In this document: positions 20,272 to 30,634 of the stretch, one piece after another
Position numbering within the stretch: position 1 is the first letter of the stretch
Layout of the letters: each line of letters begins with the position of its first letter
Assembly: GCA_965222115.1 (NCBI GenBank)
Contig: CBDCTJ010000007.1
Coordinates: 1,280,001-1,344,000 of the forward strand
Origin: Planctomycetota bacterium
Lineage (GTDB): Bacteria > Planctomycetota > PLA2 > JAEUHO01
Length of the DNA stretch: 64,000 nt
Reading direction: 5' to 3'
Program-made: the position numbers and the translations under genes
The notes under the pieces: model-generated
What the model was told of the DNA's origin: nothing
Database searches by the model: none
Seen by the model: only the letters and a program-made list of their open reading frames with translations

Positions 20272-22410
20272 ATGAAGGTACCGGAACAGGGTCTTTGGGC
20301 CATTGGCGCCGCCGTGCTGGGGCTGATCGTGGCCGCCGTCTTGGCCAAGCGCGTCGCGTCAAAGGATCGCGGCAATGACCGCATGAAAGAGATTCAAGAC
20401 AGCATCTCCGAGGGCGCTATGGCGTTTCTCGGACGCGAATATCGCGTGCTATCGATCTTCGTGCTGGGCGTGGCGGTGTTGTTGGCAGTTGGGTTGTCGG
20501 CCGACAACATCGAAAACCTTGGCATCAAGACTGCCGCAGCCTTCGTTGCCGGCGCGGTGTGTTCATCGTTGTGCGGATTTGGCGGTATGAAGATTGCCAC
20601 CGCTGCTAACGCACGCACAACGCAAGCGGCCACACGCAGTTTCAATGAAGCACTCGGCGTTGCGTTCCCCGGTGGCGTGGTCATGGGCTTGCTCGTGATG
20701 TGTCTCGGCATCTTGGGCTTGCTTGGGCTCTTTTATCTCTTCGCCGATATGGAAGGTGAAGGTGGGTTGGTTTCCGCCTCAACGATTCTCGCAGGCTTCT
20801 CCATGGGCGCTTCGTCGATTGCGCTCTTCGCTCGTGTGGGTGGCGGCATCTACACCAAAGCTGCTGACGTGGGTGCAGATCTCGTGGGAAAGGTCGAAGC
20901 GGGCATTCCCGAGGACGATCCGCGCAACCCTGCCGTGATTGCCGACAACGTGGGCGACAATGTGGGCGACGTAGCGGGTATGGGCGCCGACCTGTTTGAG
21001 AGTTTCGTGGGCGCGATCTTGAGTTCAGTCGTGATTGCCGTTTCCTTGCCGCTGAGCGACACTCTGGCCTCATGGACGGGCGACGCAAGTGTGTTGGATA
21101 CGGCACGCACGTCGGCCGTAGGATTCGTGTTCGCGGCCCTCGCCCTGGGTGTGGTGGCCTCAATAATTGGCATTCTGGCAGTGCGCGTAAAGGAAGGCGG
21201 CGATCCGCAATCCGCACTTCGTCGCGGAACCATTGTGAGTTCTGTGCTCTTCGCGGCGGGTGTGTTTGCCTTGGCGACCGTGGTGTTTAAGGACATCGAA
21301 GGTGTCAACACATTGAACTGGGCCATCGCCATGATCGTGGGCCTCGGTTGTGGATTCGCGATTGGGCTTACGGCGGAGCACTACACCTCCGGCAAGGTGG
21401 TGGAAAAGCTCGCGGAGCAAAGCGACAACTACGCCACCAACATTATTGGCGGGCTTGGTATTGGCTTTCGCTCGGCACTGCTCCCGCTTGTGTTGATCTG
21501 TATTGCGGTTGTTGCGGGATACGAACTGGGCGGCATGTTTGGGATCACGCTTGCGGCGATCGGTATGCTTGGTGTGCTCGGCATTACGGTTGGTGTGGAC
21601 GCCTATGGACCGATTGCTGACAACGCGGGTGGCATCGCCGAGATGGCACACCTACCTCCCGAGGTTCGCGAACGCACCGATAGCTTGGATGCAGCGGGCA
21701 ATACGACGGCTGCGATTGCGAAGGGCTTCGCCATTGGCTCGGCGGCACTTACCGCACTTGCACTCTTTGTTGCTTACAAGGCCGCGCTTTCGAACTTGGG
21801 TTGGGAACTCAATCTCGATGTCAGTCGACCCATTGTGCTGGCCGGGTTGTTCTTGGGCGGTGTGATTCCCTTCCTGTTCTCGGCCGACACCATGAGCGCG
21901 GTGGGCCGTGCCGCACAAGCGGTGATTCACGAAGTGCAACGCCAGTTCCGCGAAGTGCCGGGTCTCAAGGAAGGCCGTGACGATGCGCGCGCCGACTATG
22001 CGACGTGTGTCGACATCACCACCAAGAGCGCGCTCTCCGAGATGATCAAACCGGGACTATTGGCCGTGTTGATTCCCGCCTTGGTTGGTATCTTGCTGGG
22101 ACCCGATGCCCTTGGCGGGTTGCTTGCCGGTTCCCTCGCCGCGGGCGTGCCGCTTGCAATCATGTTGTCTAACGCCGGTGGTGCTTGGGACAATGCCAAG
22201 AAGCACATCGAGGCCACCGGTGGCAAGGGCAGTGAACGACATAAAGCAGCCGTCGTTGGTGACACAGTCGGTGACCCATTCAAAGATACCTCGGGGCCGT
22301 CGATCAACATCTTGCTCAAGCTCATGGCGGTGATTTCGCTCGTCTTAGCGCCGGTGATTGTGAAGCTCTTTACGTCATTGCCTTGGGCAGACGCGCTACG
22401 CGGCGTCTGA
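20272..22410 (+). CDS. hppA: Membrane-integral pyrophosphatase, K+-dependent type (probably Na+-translocating)
   Basis: GGIYTKAADVGADLVGKVE, DNVGDNVGD, GDTVGDPFKDTSGP; GNTTAA carries the Ala determinant of K+ dependence. Confidence 0.96.
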   Translation: MKVPEQGLWAIGAAVLGLIVAAVLAKRVASKDRGNDRMKEIQDSISEGAMAFLGREYRVLSIFVLGVAVLLAVGLSADNIENLGIKTAAAFVAGAVCSSLCGFGGMKIATAANARTTQAATRSFNEALGVAFPGGVVMGLLVMCLGILGLLGLFYLFADMEGEGGLVSASTILAGFSMGASSIALFARVGGGIYTKAADVGADLVGKVEAGIPEDDPRNPAVIADNVGDNVGDVAGMGADLFESFVGAILSSVVIAVSLPLSDTLASWTGDASVLDTARTSAVGFVFAALALGVVASIIGILAVRVKEGGDPQSALRRGTIVSSVLFAAGVFALATVVFKDIEGVNTLNWAIAMIVGLGCGFAIGLTAEHYTSGKVVEKLAEQSDNYATNIIGGLGIGFRSALLPLVLICIAVVAGYELGGMFGITLAAIGMLGVLGITVGVDAYGPIADNAGGIAEMAHLPPEVRERTDSLDAAGNTTAAIAKGFAIGSAALTALALFVAYKAALSNLGWELNLDVSRPIVLAGLFLGGVIPFLFSADTMSAVGRAAQAVIHEVQRQFREVPGLKEGRDDARADYATCVDITTKSALSEMIKPGLLAVLIPALVGILLGPDALGGLLAGSLAAGVPLAIMLSNAGGAWDNAKKHIEATGGKGSERHKAAVVGDTVGDPFKDTSGPSINILLKLMAVISLVLAPVIVKLFTSLPWADALRGV

Positions 22411-22671
22411 TCGCGACGCAAAAAGAACGTCATAAACCTATACGCCGTGGGCTCGTAGAAACGCGAGCGCACGGCGCTTTCAATTGACCGCTGACGCGCG
22501 AGTGACGCAACACGCCGCGAATATCGCGTAATACGAGGTGCGGGGGACACCTCCGTACACTTAGACCCTGGCGGTGCGTCCATCCTTGCCTGCTCACTTG
22601 CAAGGTGGGTGTTGCATGACTTCGATCCGACCTAGGAGAGGAAGGGGTCGTGCACCAATTGGAGGCGGTAC

Positions 22672-23889
22672 ATGCACACGAATAGCCCAACAAGTCGTCC
22701 AGCGGCTAGTCAGACCCGCATGCGCCTACTGTTGAGTGGGGGCGCAGTGCTGGCATTTCTCATGGGGCTTCAGTTGGGCCCGCTGACGCACGGAACGCGT
22801 GCTACGGAATCGAGCGACACCAGTGGGTTGAGCATCAAACAGGCCCATGCTGCGCGCGGCGACGCCTACATCGACCGACGTCGAACACGGGTGGTGCGCG
22901 CCGTCGAGCACGCCGCTCCTGCCGTAGTAAGTGTTCACTCCGACGTGGTGAGTCGACGTGGCTACACACGCGGCGCCGGCGCGGGCGTGATTGTTCATCC
23001 CGATGGTTACGTCGTCACCAATTCCCACGTCGTGGATCGTGGCGCGCGCATTTCTGTTGAGCTGTTCCGTGGTGCCGGCAAGTACCGCGCGCAATTGATT
23101 GCCGACCATCCCTCGGGTGACCTCGCGGTCCTCAAGATCGTTGGGCGTGGACCGTTTCCCTACGTCACATGCGGCGACTCACGTCCGCCCATGCTTGGCG
23201 AGACGGCCATTGCGATAGGTAACCCCCGCGGCTTGGGTGACACGATCACCGTTGGCGTTGTGAGTGCTCTCGGTCGCGACGCCAAAATGTCGAATGGCGT
23301 TGCCTTGCGAGGCCTCGTGCAAACCGACGCGTCCATCAACACCGGCAGTAGCGGTGGCGCGCTACTCAATCTCGATGGGGAGTTGCTCGGAATCATTGTA
23401 TCGCTCCTTCCCAGTTCGAGCGGTATCGCGTTTGCGATTCCCGCGCCCATGGTGCGTCGCATGCTCGATCGATCGTTGCGCCACTTGCCCAATCCCAATC
23501 CGTTGCCCTACTCGTCGGCGGAGATGGCTGGCAGTGCGGGTGTTCCGTCGCCTAGCGTGGGGCCCGCCAATCGTGCTGTCGTTCCCCAATCGGCACCAAC
23601 CATTCCGAGCGATTCAAACACTACGCCCCTGCGACCCGACGACTTCGGCATGAAGGTACGTGACAACGGCAAGTTGGTTCAGGTGGAGCGCGTCTACGCG
23701 TCTACGGTTGCTTCCACAGCCGGAATTCGCGCCGGTGACTATCTCTTGGCAGTCGACGGTCATCCAATCGAGGGCGCCATTGATCTCATCATGGCGTTTT
23801 CCACCGCGGTGAAGGGTCGCACCTATCAACTGCTAGTTCGCCGCGGGGCAAAAGAGGTCTACACCACCATTATGGCACCGATTCCGTAG
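22672..23889 (+). CDS. HtrA/Deg-like serine protease with PDZ domain
   Basis: VTNSHVV, DLAVLKI, QTDASINTGSSGG triad; C-terminal PDZ (AGIRAGDYLLAVDG). Confidence 0.92.
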   Translation: MHTNSPTSRPAASQTRMRLLLSGGAVLAFLMGLQLGPLTHGTRATESSDTSGLSIKQAHAARGDAYIDRRRTRVVRAVEHAAPAVVSVHSDVVSRRGYTRGAGAGVIVHPDGYVVTNSHVVDRGARISVELFRGAGKYRAQLIADHPSGDLAVLKIVGRGPFPYVTCGDSRPPMLGETAIAIGNPRGLGDTITVGVVSALGRDAKMSNGVALRGLVQTDASINTGSSGGALLNLDGELLGIIVSLLPSSSGIAFAIPAPMVRRMLDRSLRHLPNPNPLPYSSAEMAGSAGVPSPSVGPANRAVVPQSAPTIPSDSNTTPLRPDDFGMKVRDNGKLVQVERVYASTVASTAGIRAGDYLLAVDGHPIEGAIDLIMAFSTAVKGRTYQLLVRRGAKEVYTTIMAPIP

Positions 23890-23950
23890 CCTCTCGAACC
23901 ACGCGCAAGAGGTCTGCGTGTGCCGGAGGTCGCGCCGGTACACTCCCCGC

Positions 23951-26155
23951 ATGCTTCGTTGCGGCTGTTGCCTTTGGATCTTGCTGCTCACCCTGCTGGC
24001 GTGTCCGCCTTTCGTCGGTGCCGACGAATCGAGTGAGTCATTGCGGGCGCGCGTGGCCGAAGGTCTTCGCGTGCGGCTCATCGCGACAGCCCGCAAGGAG
24101 CAATCGCGCCGGGACGCCGCCACCTTGGAGCAACGCCGCGCTCACGCCAGCGACCGTGCCAACGTGTGGCGCCGTGCCGATGCCAAATTGCACGCCCGCT
24201 TGACGGCCCTCCTTGGAACCGACAAGGCTTCTGGATTCTTGCAGGCCGCGGATCGCCTAAACGACACACTGCGCAGCGAGCGCAGCGTGCGTCATCTGCA
24301 GCTCAGGCCCACGGATCGCTCCAAGCCGCCCATTGCGATCTTCGAGTTGGATCAGTCCAAGCCCGGGGCATTGATGCGCGCATTGAACAAGGCGCCTCTT
24401 GAAGCTCGTATCGAATTGGACCTGAAACGCGATGCGGCACAAGAGTCCTATCGCGTGTTGCGCGGTGCGTGGAACGCTGGACTGACACACGCGATGATTG
24501 AAGCGTCAGAAAGTACGTGGCCCTTCGGCCCGGCCGCATTGGATGCTCGCTCACTTCAATCGAGGCTACGACTTGCGGCGTATGGCGGGGACAAGCCCGA
24601 GACTACGCTGATCTCTCCCAATGCAGTGGATCTTCGACAGGCGCGTATGAAGGACTTGGCCCGCGAACGCGAGGCACTTCAAGAACGACGCGATGCCATT
24701 GTCGCGTGTCTCGATCGACTGGCTGCCACCGAACAGCGAATCCGTCGCGAAGCGGGCGCGCGAGCGTTTCAACTTGATGAAGCCAAGCAGGCGGCACCCG
24801 AAGGCAGCGAACCTCCCAAGCTGGAACCGCTTGAGGCGCTGCGCGACGTTGTAGGCCATGAAGAAATGCGACTGCTCTATGCAACCGCACGGCGCGCCGC
24901 CGATGTGTTGGCTTGGACGAACCGAGAACTTGAGATGGCCAACCGAGAGGTTCGCGAAGCCGAAGCCGCGCACCGCCGCTACCTTCACGCCCTGGATCGT
25001 GCGCGACGCGAGCGCCAGATTGACTCGCTTCAATTCGACCGTGACCGGCTGCTGCTGGCGCGCGCCCAAATCACCGACGACGAACAACCCGACCCGGTCG
25101 CCCAGTCATTCGCCCAGTCATTTAGGAATGCGCTCGACCATCTCATCGATGTCAACGAGGGCCTGCAGCGGGCGGTTGCCATCCGGCGAGCCGTTGAATC
25201 GGCGGCGCAACCAAAGGAGGCGGAACCGGCGCAGCCGTCTACGGAGGCGCCAACCGGTGATGCAGGGGCCACGCCGTGGGACGAGGAACCCAAGCCCGAC
25301 GGACTGACCGCGACGTACGTGGCGGACGTCACCTCGCATATTGACGTGATGCCCGCCCAAGTACTCGAGGCACACTACGCCGCGGCCGAAGAGCGACTCC
25401 GGGCACTCGACAGCGCGATCGGTGAACTGCCCGCGCTCGATGCGTTGGAAACGCAAGTGACGCGATCGGCTTCCGGCGCGCGGGGCGCCTTGATTCAGAC
25501 CGAGTCGGCAGCGCGTCGTGCGAATACGGCAGGTGTATGGCGATGGCGAGTTCGAGAGGCGCGCCAACGAAGTCTAGATGACGTCGTGAGTGTGTTTCGA
25601 GACACGGTGAAGCACACGCGCGAATCACTGAAGGCCGTTCGCGTCGAGCGTGATGCGATTGCGTCGTTTCAAGAACGTATCGACGCATCGAGCGCGTCTG
25701 GATTGGGGCGACGCCAAGCATTAAGTACCGCAAGCCTGGAGCGAGCCGTAGGTGACGCTGAATCCACGATCTTGCGAAGTGTGTCGTGGCTCACAGGCGG
25801 TGGCGACGACGACGCGCGTGGCTATCTTTCGCGCAAGTGGATTTGGTTGCTGGCGTGTTTGGGAGCGGTGCTGCTCTCTGTTCTGTTCGTTCGCCGGGGA
25901 CGGCGGGCATTGGACCGCATCTTGGATCGTTGGGTCTCCGCTCACCCTGCCATTCCGCTGGGTGGCATGACGGTGCGCGAAGAAGTCGTACTCGCCCGGA
26001 GGCAACAGGAAGACGACGATGCCGCGCTGCGCGAAGTGGAGGAACGAACGCTCAAAGATGCATCCGCCGAAGCTGTTCAGGCCGACGATACGTCAAAGCC
26101 CGTCGATGTGGAAGCCGCCGATGATGACGTGCTGGGTGACGAGGGCGACGCATGA
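23951..26155 (+). CDS. Exported long coiled-coil protein with C-terminal TM; resembles a detached MscK-type periplasmic domain
   Basis: Signal peptide, A/E/R/L-rich helical body, TM near the C-terminus, ATGA overlap with the MscS gene. Confidence 0.7.
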   Translation: MLRCGCCLWILLLTLLACPPFVGADESSESLRARVAEGLRVRLIATARKEQSRRDAATLEQRRAHASDRANVWRRADAKLHARLTALLGTDKASGFLQAADRLNDTLRSERSVRHLQLRPTDRSKPPIAIFELDQSKPGALMRALNKAPLEARIELDLKRDAAQESYRVLRGAWNAGLTHAMIEASESTWPFGPAALDARSLQSRLRLAAYGGDKPETTLISPNAVDLRQARMKDLAREREALQERRDAIVACLDRLAATEQRIRREAGARAFQLDEAKQAAPEGSEPPKLEPLEALRDVVGHEEMRLLYATARRAADVLAWTNRELEMANREVREAEAAHRRYLHALDRARRERQIDSLQFDRDRLLLARAQITDDEQPDPVAQSFAQSFRNALDHLIDVNEGLQRAVAIRRAVESAAQPKEAEPAQPSTEAPTGDAGATPWDEEPKPDGLTATYVADVTSHIDVMPAQVLEAHYAAAEERLRALDSAIGELPALDALETQVTRSASGARGALIQTESAARRANTAGVWRWRVREARQRSLDDVVSVFRDTVKHTRESLKAVRVERDAIASFQERIDASSASGLGRRQALSTASLERAVGDAESTILRSVSWLTGGGDDDARGYLSRKWIWLLACLGAVLLSVLFVRRGRRALDRILDRWVSAHPAIPLGGMTVREEVVLARRQQEDDDAALREVEERTLKDASAEAVQADDTSKPVDVEAADDDVLGDEGDA

Positions 26156-27837
26156 CCACTGCAACGTTTCGACCTCTTGGCGTATTTCACATTCGTGCGC
26201 TGCGTGTGTTGTGGCGCATGCTCGTTCCGATTGCCGTGGCCGCCAATGTCGTGCTCTGGCCCAAACTTCTCGGCGCGAGCGAAGCGATTCAGCACCAGGC
26301 ATTCGTGGCCGCTATCTACATCCTCGTGGCGACGGGCATCGTTGCGCTCGCGACAGAGATCCTCTCGCCGCAGCGCCCTGAACTTCGGTTGGTCCCGCTT
26401 ACCGATCGTCGCGCCGATCGTATGGCCACGGTCGTTCGGTGGGTGTGCCTCGTGCTTTTGTGTACAGAGCTTGCGCGATACTTCGTACGGGCCAATGCGT
26501 GGAGTGAGGCCGCCGATCGTTTGCTGGAGCTGCTCCGCAATATGGGGCTCTTGGTGTTCTTGCTGGTCCTGATTCGTCACACCAAACTGTTGAAGTGGTT
26601 GGACGGCGCACCGCGTGAGACCTATACGGGATCGCTCAAACGACATACGGCCCGTGTCGGCTTTCCATTGCTTGTGGTCGGTTCCGTGTTTGCGCTCGTT
26701 GCGTATGCGCTTGGGTACGCACCTCACGCTCGATGGGTCGGCATTCGCCTGTTGTGGACCTTCGTATTGATTGCACTGGCCGGCGTGGTCTACCGGTTCT
26801 TGCAGCGACGCGTTCATAACACCGTGACGTTCTTCCGCGACACGGGCGATGATGGCGGTGTCGCGTCCATGTCGGCTGGCGAGCCATCACCCGCGAGCGT
26901 CGGCGCCGAGCGACTCGGTTCAGGATTCACGCGTATTGTGGTGATTGTTGCAACCGCCGTGGCACTTTTGGCGCTGTGGGGACTTGGCCGCGACCGGTTG
27001 CAGGAACTTCTGGCGCGCCCCTTGTGGGGAAGTGACACGCGAACGGTGGGGGACTTGCTCTGGGGACTGCTGTGGGTGGCGCTTGTGTTCATCGCAAGCG
27101 CGGTGATTCGCACGCTCCTGATCTTCTTTGTGTTTCCGCGTTCGCGCGTTGACGTGGGTGTGCGCTATGCCATCGTCACGATACTTCGTTACGCCACCTG
27201 GGTCCTGGCCGCCATGATGCTCGCGCGGGCACTCGGCATTGATGCCTCGGCCATGACGGTATTCGCCGGTGCGTTTGGTGTGGGGCTTGCGTTCGGACTG
27301 CAAGACATCTTCGCCAATTTTTTTAGCGGTCTCATCATGTTGATTGAACGACCGGTTCGCGTGGGGGACGTCGTTCATGTGGGTGGTATCTCAGGAACGG
27401 TGGAGGCGATTCGATTGCGGGGCACGCTCTTGCGCGCTGCGGATCGAAGTACGGTGCTGATTCCCAATCGTCAGATGATTGGCGAGCGACTCACCAACAA
27501 GTCCTTTGGTGTGGAGCGCACGCGCCTTCAGATCGAGGTGCCGGTCTCTGCGTCGGCGCGGGCCGAGGTCGTTCAACGCGTGTTGGAACGCACGCTGCGC
27601 AACGACGAGCGCCTGCTGCACGAGGCGCCGTTTGCACCCCATGTGCGACTTACGGGACTGGCTGATTCGACGTTGCACTTTGTTTGTAGAGCCTTCACCG
27701 AACGATTGGGCGAGAAGGCCGTGATTGCGTCCGAACTGCACGCCGCCATTCATCGCGCTCTGGACGAAGCAGGTATTCCCGAAATGGCAACAGTCCATGA
27801 AGTTACCGTTCGTGGGGGCGAGTCGCCCTCCGCGTAG
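26152..27837 (+). CDS. MscS-family mechanosensitive channel with extra N-terminal TMs
   Basis: GAFGVGLAFGLQDIFANFFSGLIMLIERPVRVGD, GTVEAIRLR, IPN. Confidence 0.92.
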   Translation: MTTATFRPLGVFHIRALRVLWRMLVPIAVAANVVLWPKLLGASEAIQHQAFVAAIYILVATGIVALATEILSPQRPELRLVPLTDRRADRMATVVRWVCLVLLCTELARYFVRANAWSEAADRLLELLRNMGLLVFLLVLIRHTKLLKWLDGAPRETYTGSLKRHTARVGFPLLVVGSVFALVAYALGYAPHARWVGIRLLWTFVLIALAGVVYRFLQRRVHNTVTFFRDTGDDGGVASMSAGEPSPASVGAERLGSGFTRIVVIVATAVALLALWGLGRDRLQELLARPLWGSDTRTVGDLLWGLLWVALVFIASAVIRTLLIFFVFPRSRVDVGVRYAIVTILRYATWVLAAMMLARALGIDASAMTVFAGAFGVGLAFGLQDIFANFFSGLIMLIERPVRVGDVVHVGGISGTVEAIRLRGTLLRAADRSTVLIPNRQMIGERLTNKSFGVERTRLQIEVPVSASARAEVVQRVLERTLRNDERLLHEAPFAPHVRLTGLADSTLHFVCRAFTERLGEKAVIASELHAAIHRALDEAGIPEMATVHEVTVRGGESPSA

Positions 27838-27963
27838 CGGTGCGCAGTTCATCTGGTAGAACCCCGGTGGCAATTGCGCGTGCGTGGCATAGATCCACGT
27901 GGAGCGCTTTGGTAGAGTCATCGGCGAGCGCGAGGAACGAGCGGATTAGTTTTTGGAGCGACC

Positions 27964-28638
27964 GTGCGGATCTTAGTGATTGAAGATGATGAGCGCCTGA
28001 CGGGTGTTCTCGAACGCGCCTTGGACCAAGAGGGCTACGAGGTGGTATCCACATCCGAAGGTGAAGCCGGTGAGAAGCTCCTGCGCGCGGGCAATTTGGA
28101 TGCATTGATCTTGGATCTCGGGTTGCCGGATCGTGACGGTCTCGCGGTGTTGTCCTCGTTGCGTGAGCGCGGGTCGTCGCTCCCGGTACTTGTGCTCACG
28201 GGGCGCGACACCGTGGACGAACGTGTGAAGGGTCTGGACGCAGGCGCCGACGACTACCTCGTGAAGCCGTTCGCGCTCAATGAGTTGCTCGCGCGTGTGC
28301 GTTCGTTATTGCGACGAGGCATGGGGGCCGAGCCCATATTGCGATACGCTGACATTGAACTCGATCCCTCGCGCGGCACGGCGCTGCGCGGCGGCAAGCG
28401 CTTGGATCTGCGACCGCGCGAGTTTGGCCTGCTGCATTTTTTCATGAAGCATCCCGAACAAACGCTCACGCGGGATCGAATCTATGAGGGTGTGTGGGAG
28501 ACGCGCCACGACGGCCTCACCAATGTGTTGGAGGTCTACATTCGCTACCTCCGAACACATCTTGAGGTATCGGGTCCGCGGCTAATCCATACCGTGCGCG
28601 GCAAGGGCTACATCCTTCGGCATGGCGAGTCGGCGTGA
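27964..28638 (+). CDS. OmpR/PhoB-family response regulator
   Basis: ILDLGLPD, GADDYLVKPF, winged helix IHTVRGKGY. Confidence 0.96.
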   Translation: MRILVIEDDERLTGVLERALDQEGYEVVSTSEGEAGEKLLRAGNLDALILDLGLPDRDGLAVLSSLRERGSSLPVLVLTGRDTVDERVKGLDAGADDYLVKPFALNELLARVRSLLRRGMGAEPILRYADIELDPSRGTALRGGKRLDLRPREFGLLHFFMKHPEQTLTRDRIYEGVWETRHDGLTNVLEVYIRYLRTHLEVSGPRLIHTVRGKGYILRHGESA

Positions 28639-29708
28639 GCCTACGCGGTAGTACGACACTCGTCATTGTTGCCGCGCTCGCATCGATTGGTGTCGCCTGT
28701 CTGTTGATCGTGCGTCTAGTCGTGGCACCCGGGATTTGGGCCGGGCTATGGCCTGTTCCCGCGATTCCGGTGTTGGTGGGATCGGTGTTGGTTGCCGGTC
28801 TGCTCGTACCGGTGTTCTTGCGCAAACGGTTCGAACCCTGGCGAGCGGCTGCGGAAGAAGCGGCCCAGGTGGAGCGCCCCAATCAGCGCCTGCACGTACC
28901 CGATGGGCCGGAGGAGCTGCGACAACTCGTTGAATCGCTCAATGGCATGTTGACGAGGCTAGAGAGTGCGTCCCAACGCGAACGCGCGTTCCTTGGTACC
29001 GCGTCCCACGAACTGCGGCGCCCCTTGGCGGCGTTGCGCATGGAACTTGAACTAGCGCTCAACCGCAATCGACCCGCTACGGAACTTCAAGATGCCATTC
29101 GATTATGTCTCTCCGATACGGAGAGCATGACGCGACTCGTAGACGATCTTTTGTTTCACGCTCGCGCGCGGGCGGGCGCATTGCGTCTTCGCGAAGAAGA
29201 AGTTGACGTGATCGATCTCGTGTTTTCGGCGGTTGATCGAAGTCAGCGCGCCATGTCCGGCCAGCCGTCGATTCAAGTGCATGTAGAGACGATCCCACCG
29301 CTTCATATTCGTGCCGATCGCTCGGGTCTTAGCCAAGTACTCGAGAACCTAATTGTGAATGCGCGCACCCATGCTGGCAAAGACGCCACAATCGAGATTG
29401 GCGGCGAGACGGATGAACAGTTCATCAGCCTGTGGGTTCAAGACGACGGGCCTGGGATTCCCGAAGACGAACAAGAGACCATTTTCCGTGCGTTTGGCCG
29501 GGGTGACCGCACGCGAAGCGTATCCGGCGCGGGTTTGGGACTGGCGATTGCCCGTGATCTTGTGTTGGCGCACGCGGGCGTAATTGGTGTGACATCGCCG
29601 ATTCAATCCGGCGCTGCCGTGCGCCCCGGGACGCGTTTCACTGTGCGCCTGCCGATTGAACGTCGTATTCAAGAGCGCATACCGGACGACGCACGAGCCG
29701 CTTCGTAG
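28635..29708 (+). CDS. Sensor histidine kinase
   Basis: Two TMs with a minimal loop, HAMP-like segment, ASHELRRPL, NLIVNA, DDGPGIP, GAGLGLAI. Confidence 0.94.
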   Translation: MSLRGSTTLVIVAALASIGVACLLIVRLVVAPGIWAGLWPVPAIPVLVGSVLVAGLLVPVFLRKRFEPWRAAAEEAAQVERPNQRLHVPDGPEELRQLVESLNGMLTRLESASQRERAFLGTASHELRRPLAALRMELELALNRNRPATELQDAIRLCLSDTESMTRLVDDLLFHARARAGALRLREEEVDVIDLVFSAVDRSQRAMSGQPSIQVHVETIPPLHIRADRSGLSQVLENLIVNARTHAGKDATIEIGGETDEQFISLWVQDDGPGIPEDEQETIFRAFGRGDRTRSVSGAGLGLAIARDLVLAHAGVIGVTSPIQSGAAVRPGTRFTVRLPIERRIQERIPDDARAAS

Positions 29709-29783
29709 TCTGGTGTGTGGATGGTCGAGGATTCCCGCGTATCCCTCTTCTTCGTTTAGAATATAGAAACGGAGCCTTACTCA

Positions 29784-30089
29784 ATGAATACGCCACACAA
29801 GATGACGACGCTCGTTCGCGTGGGAAAGAACCACGAGGCGTCGCTATTGGCCGGACAACTGCGCGCCCATGGCATTCGTGCGGAAGCCGAGGAGTTGCTT
29901 GCGCTCGATGAGTTCACAACGGCACAGCTCAGTATGGGTAATGGCGGCATTCGCGTATGGGTGGCGACAGATCAATTGGACGAGGCGAAGAAGGTGCTTG
30001 CGGATTTGCAAGCGGCACGCGGTTCCATTAGCGATGAAGAGCTAGCGCGCCAAGCGATGGAAGCGGCGGACGACGAGTCAGACAACTAA
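29784..30089 (+). CDS. DUF2007-like putative signal-transducing protein
   Basis: EASLLAGQLRAHGI...GIRVWV...DEAKKVL; GGAG SD. Confidence 0.75.
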   Translation: MNTPHKMTTLVRVGKNHEASLLAGQLRAHGIRAEAEELLALDEFTTAQLSMGNGGIRVWVATDQLDEAKKVLADLQAARGSISDEELARQAMEAADDESDN

Positions 30090-30099
30090 GCGTGGACAG

Positions 30100-30528
30100 C
30101 TAAGAAAGCAATGCGGGCGTTTCGTCGCGCGGGCGGTAGGGCTCCGACGCGAGAATCTTAAATAGCAGTCGGCGTACGACCTTGCGGCCCGGCGCGAAGG
30201 TGCTTAACCAGTCGGCGAGTTTCTTGAGTCCGTCACCGTCTTCCTGTGCGCCAAGAAATTCGACGGTAAGCCGAACGCCGTCACGCGCTCGCGGGTCCAT
30301 AATAGGATCGAGCACCAACATGGTTGCGTTAGGGTTCTTGCGTAGGTTGCGAAAGACGTCACCGCTGACGATATCTTCCTCACCGCCTGCAACGTTGCCG
30401 TCTTCGGTGAGATGTGGCGCTACCAGCAAGCACGACTCCGGCATACCGCTCGCACCCATCGTTGCCAGGATGGCAATCGAAGTACGGCGTTCCAGGAATT
30501 CCTTGGTGCGGTCTCCGGGGATGCTCAT
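30100..30528 (-). CDS. Pyridoxamine 5'-phosphate oxidase-like FMN-binding protein
   Basis: ILATMGASGMP, FRNLRKNPNA, GVRL motifs. Confidence 0.75.
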   Translation of the reverse strand: MSIPGDRTKEFLERRTSIAILATMGASGMPESCLLVAPHLTEDGNVAGGEEDIVSGDVFRNLRKNPNATMLVLDPIMDPRARDGVRLTVEFLGAQEDGDGLKKLADWLSTFAPGRKVVRRLLFKILASEPYRPRDETPALLS

Positions 30529-30634
30529 GTGCCGCCAAGATACCCGACACGAACGCAAGCGCGGCACGGCGCGCGCCCGACCAAATTTCGATCCATGCGA
30601 CGGTCGATTCAGAATTTGACTCACGGCGCATCAC

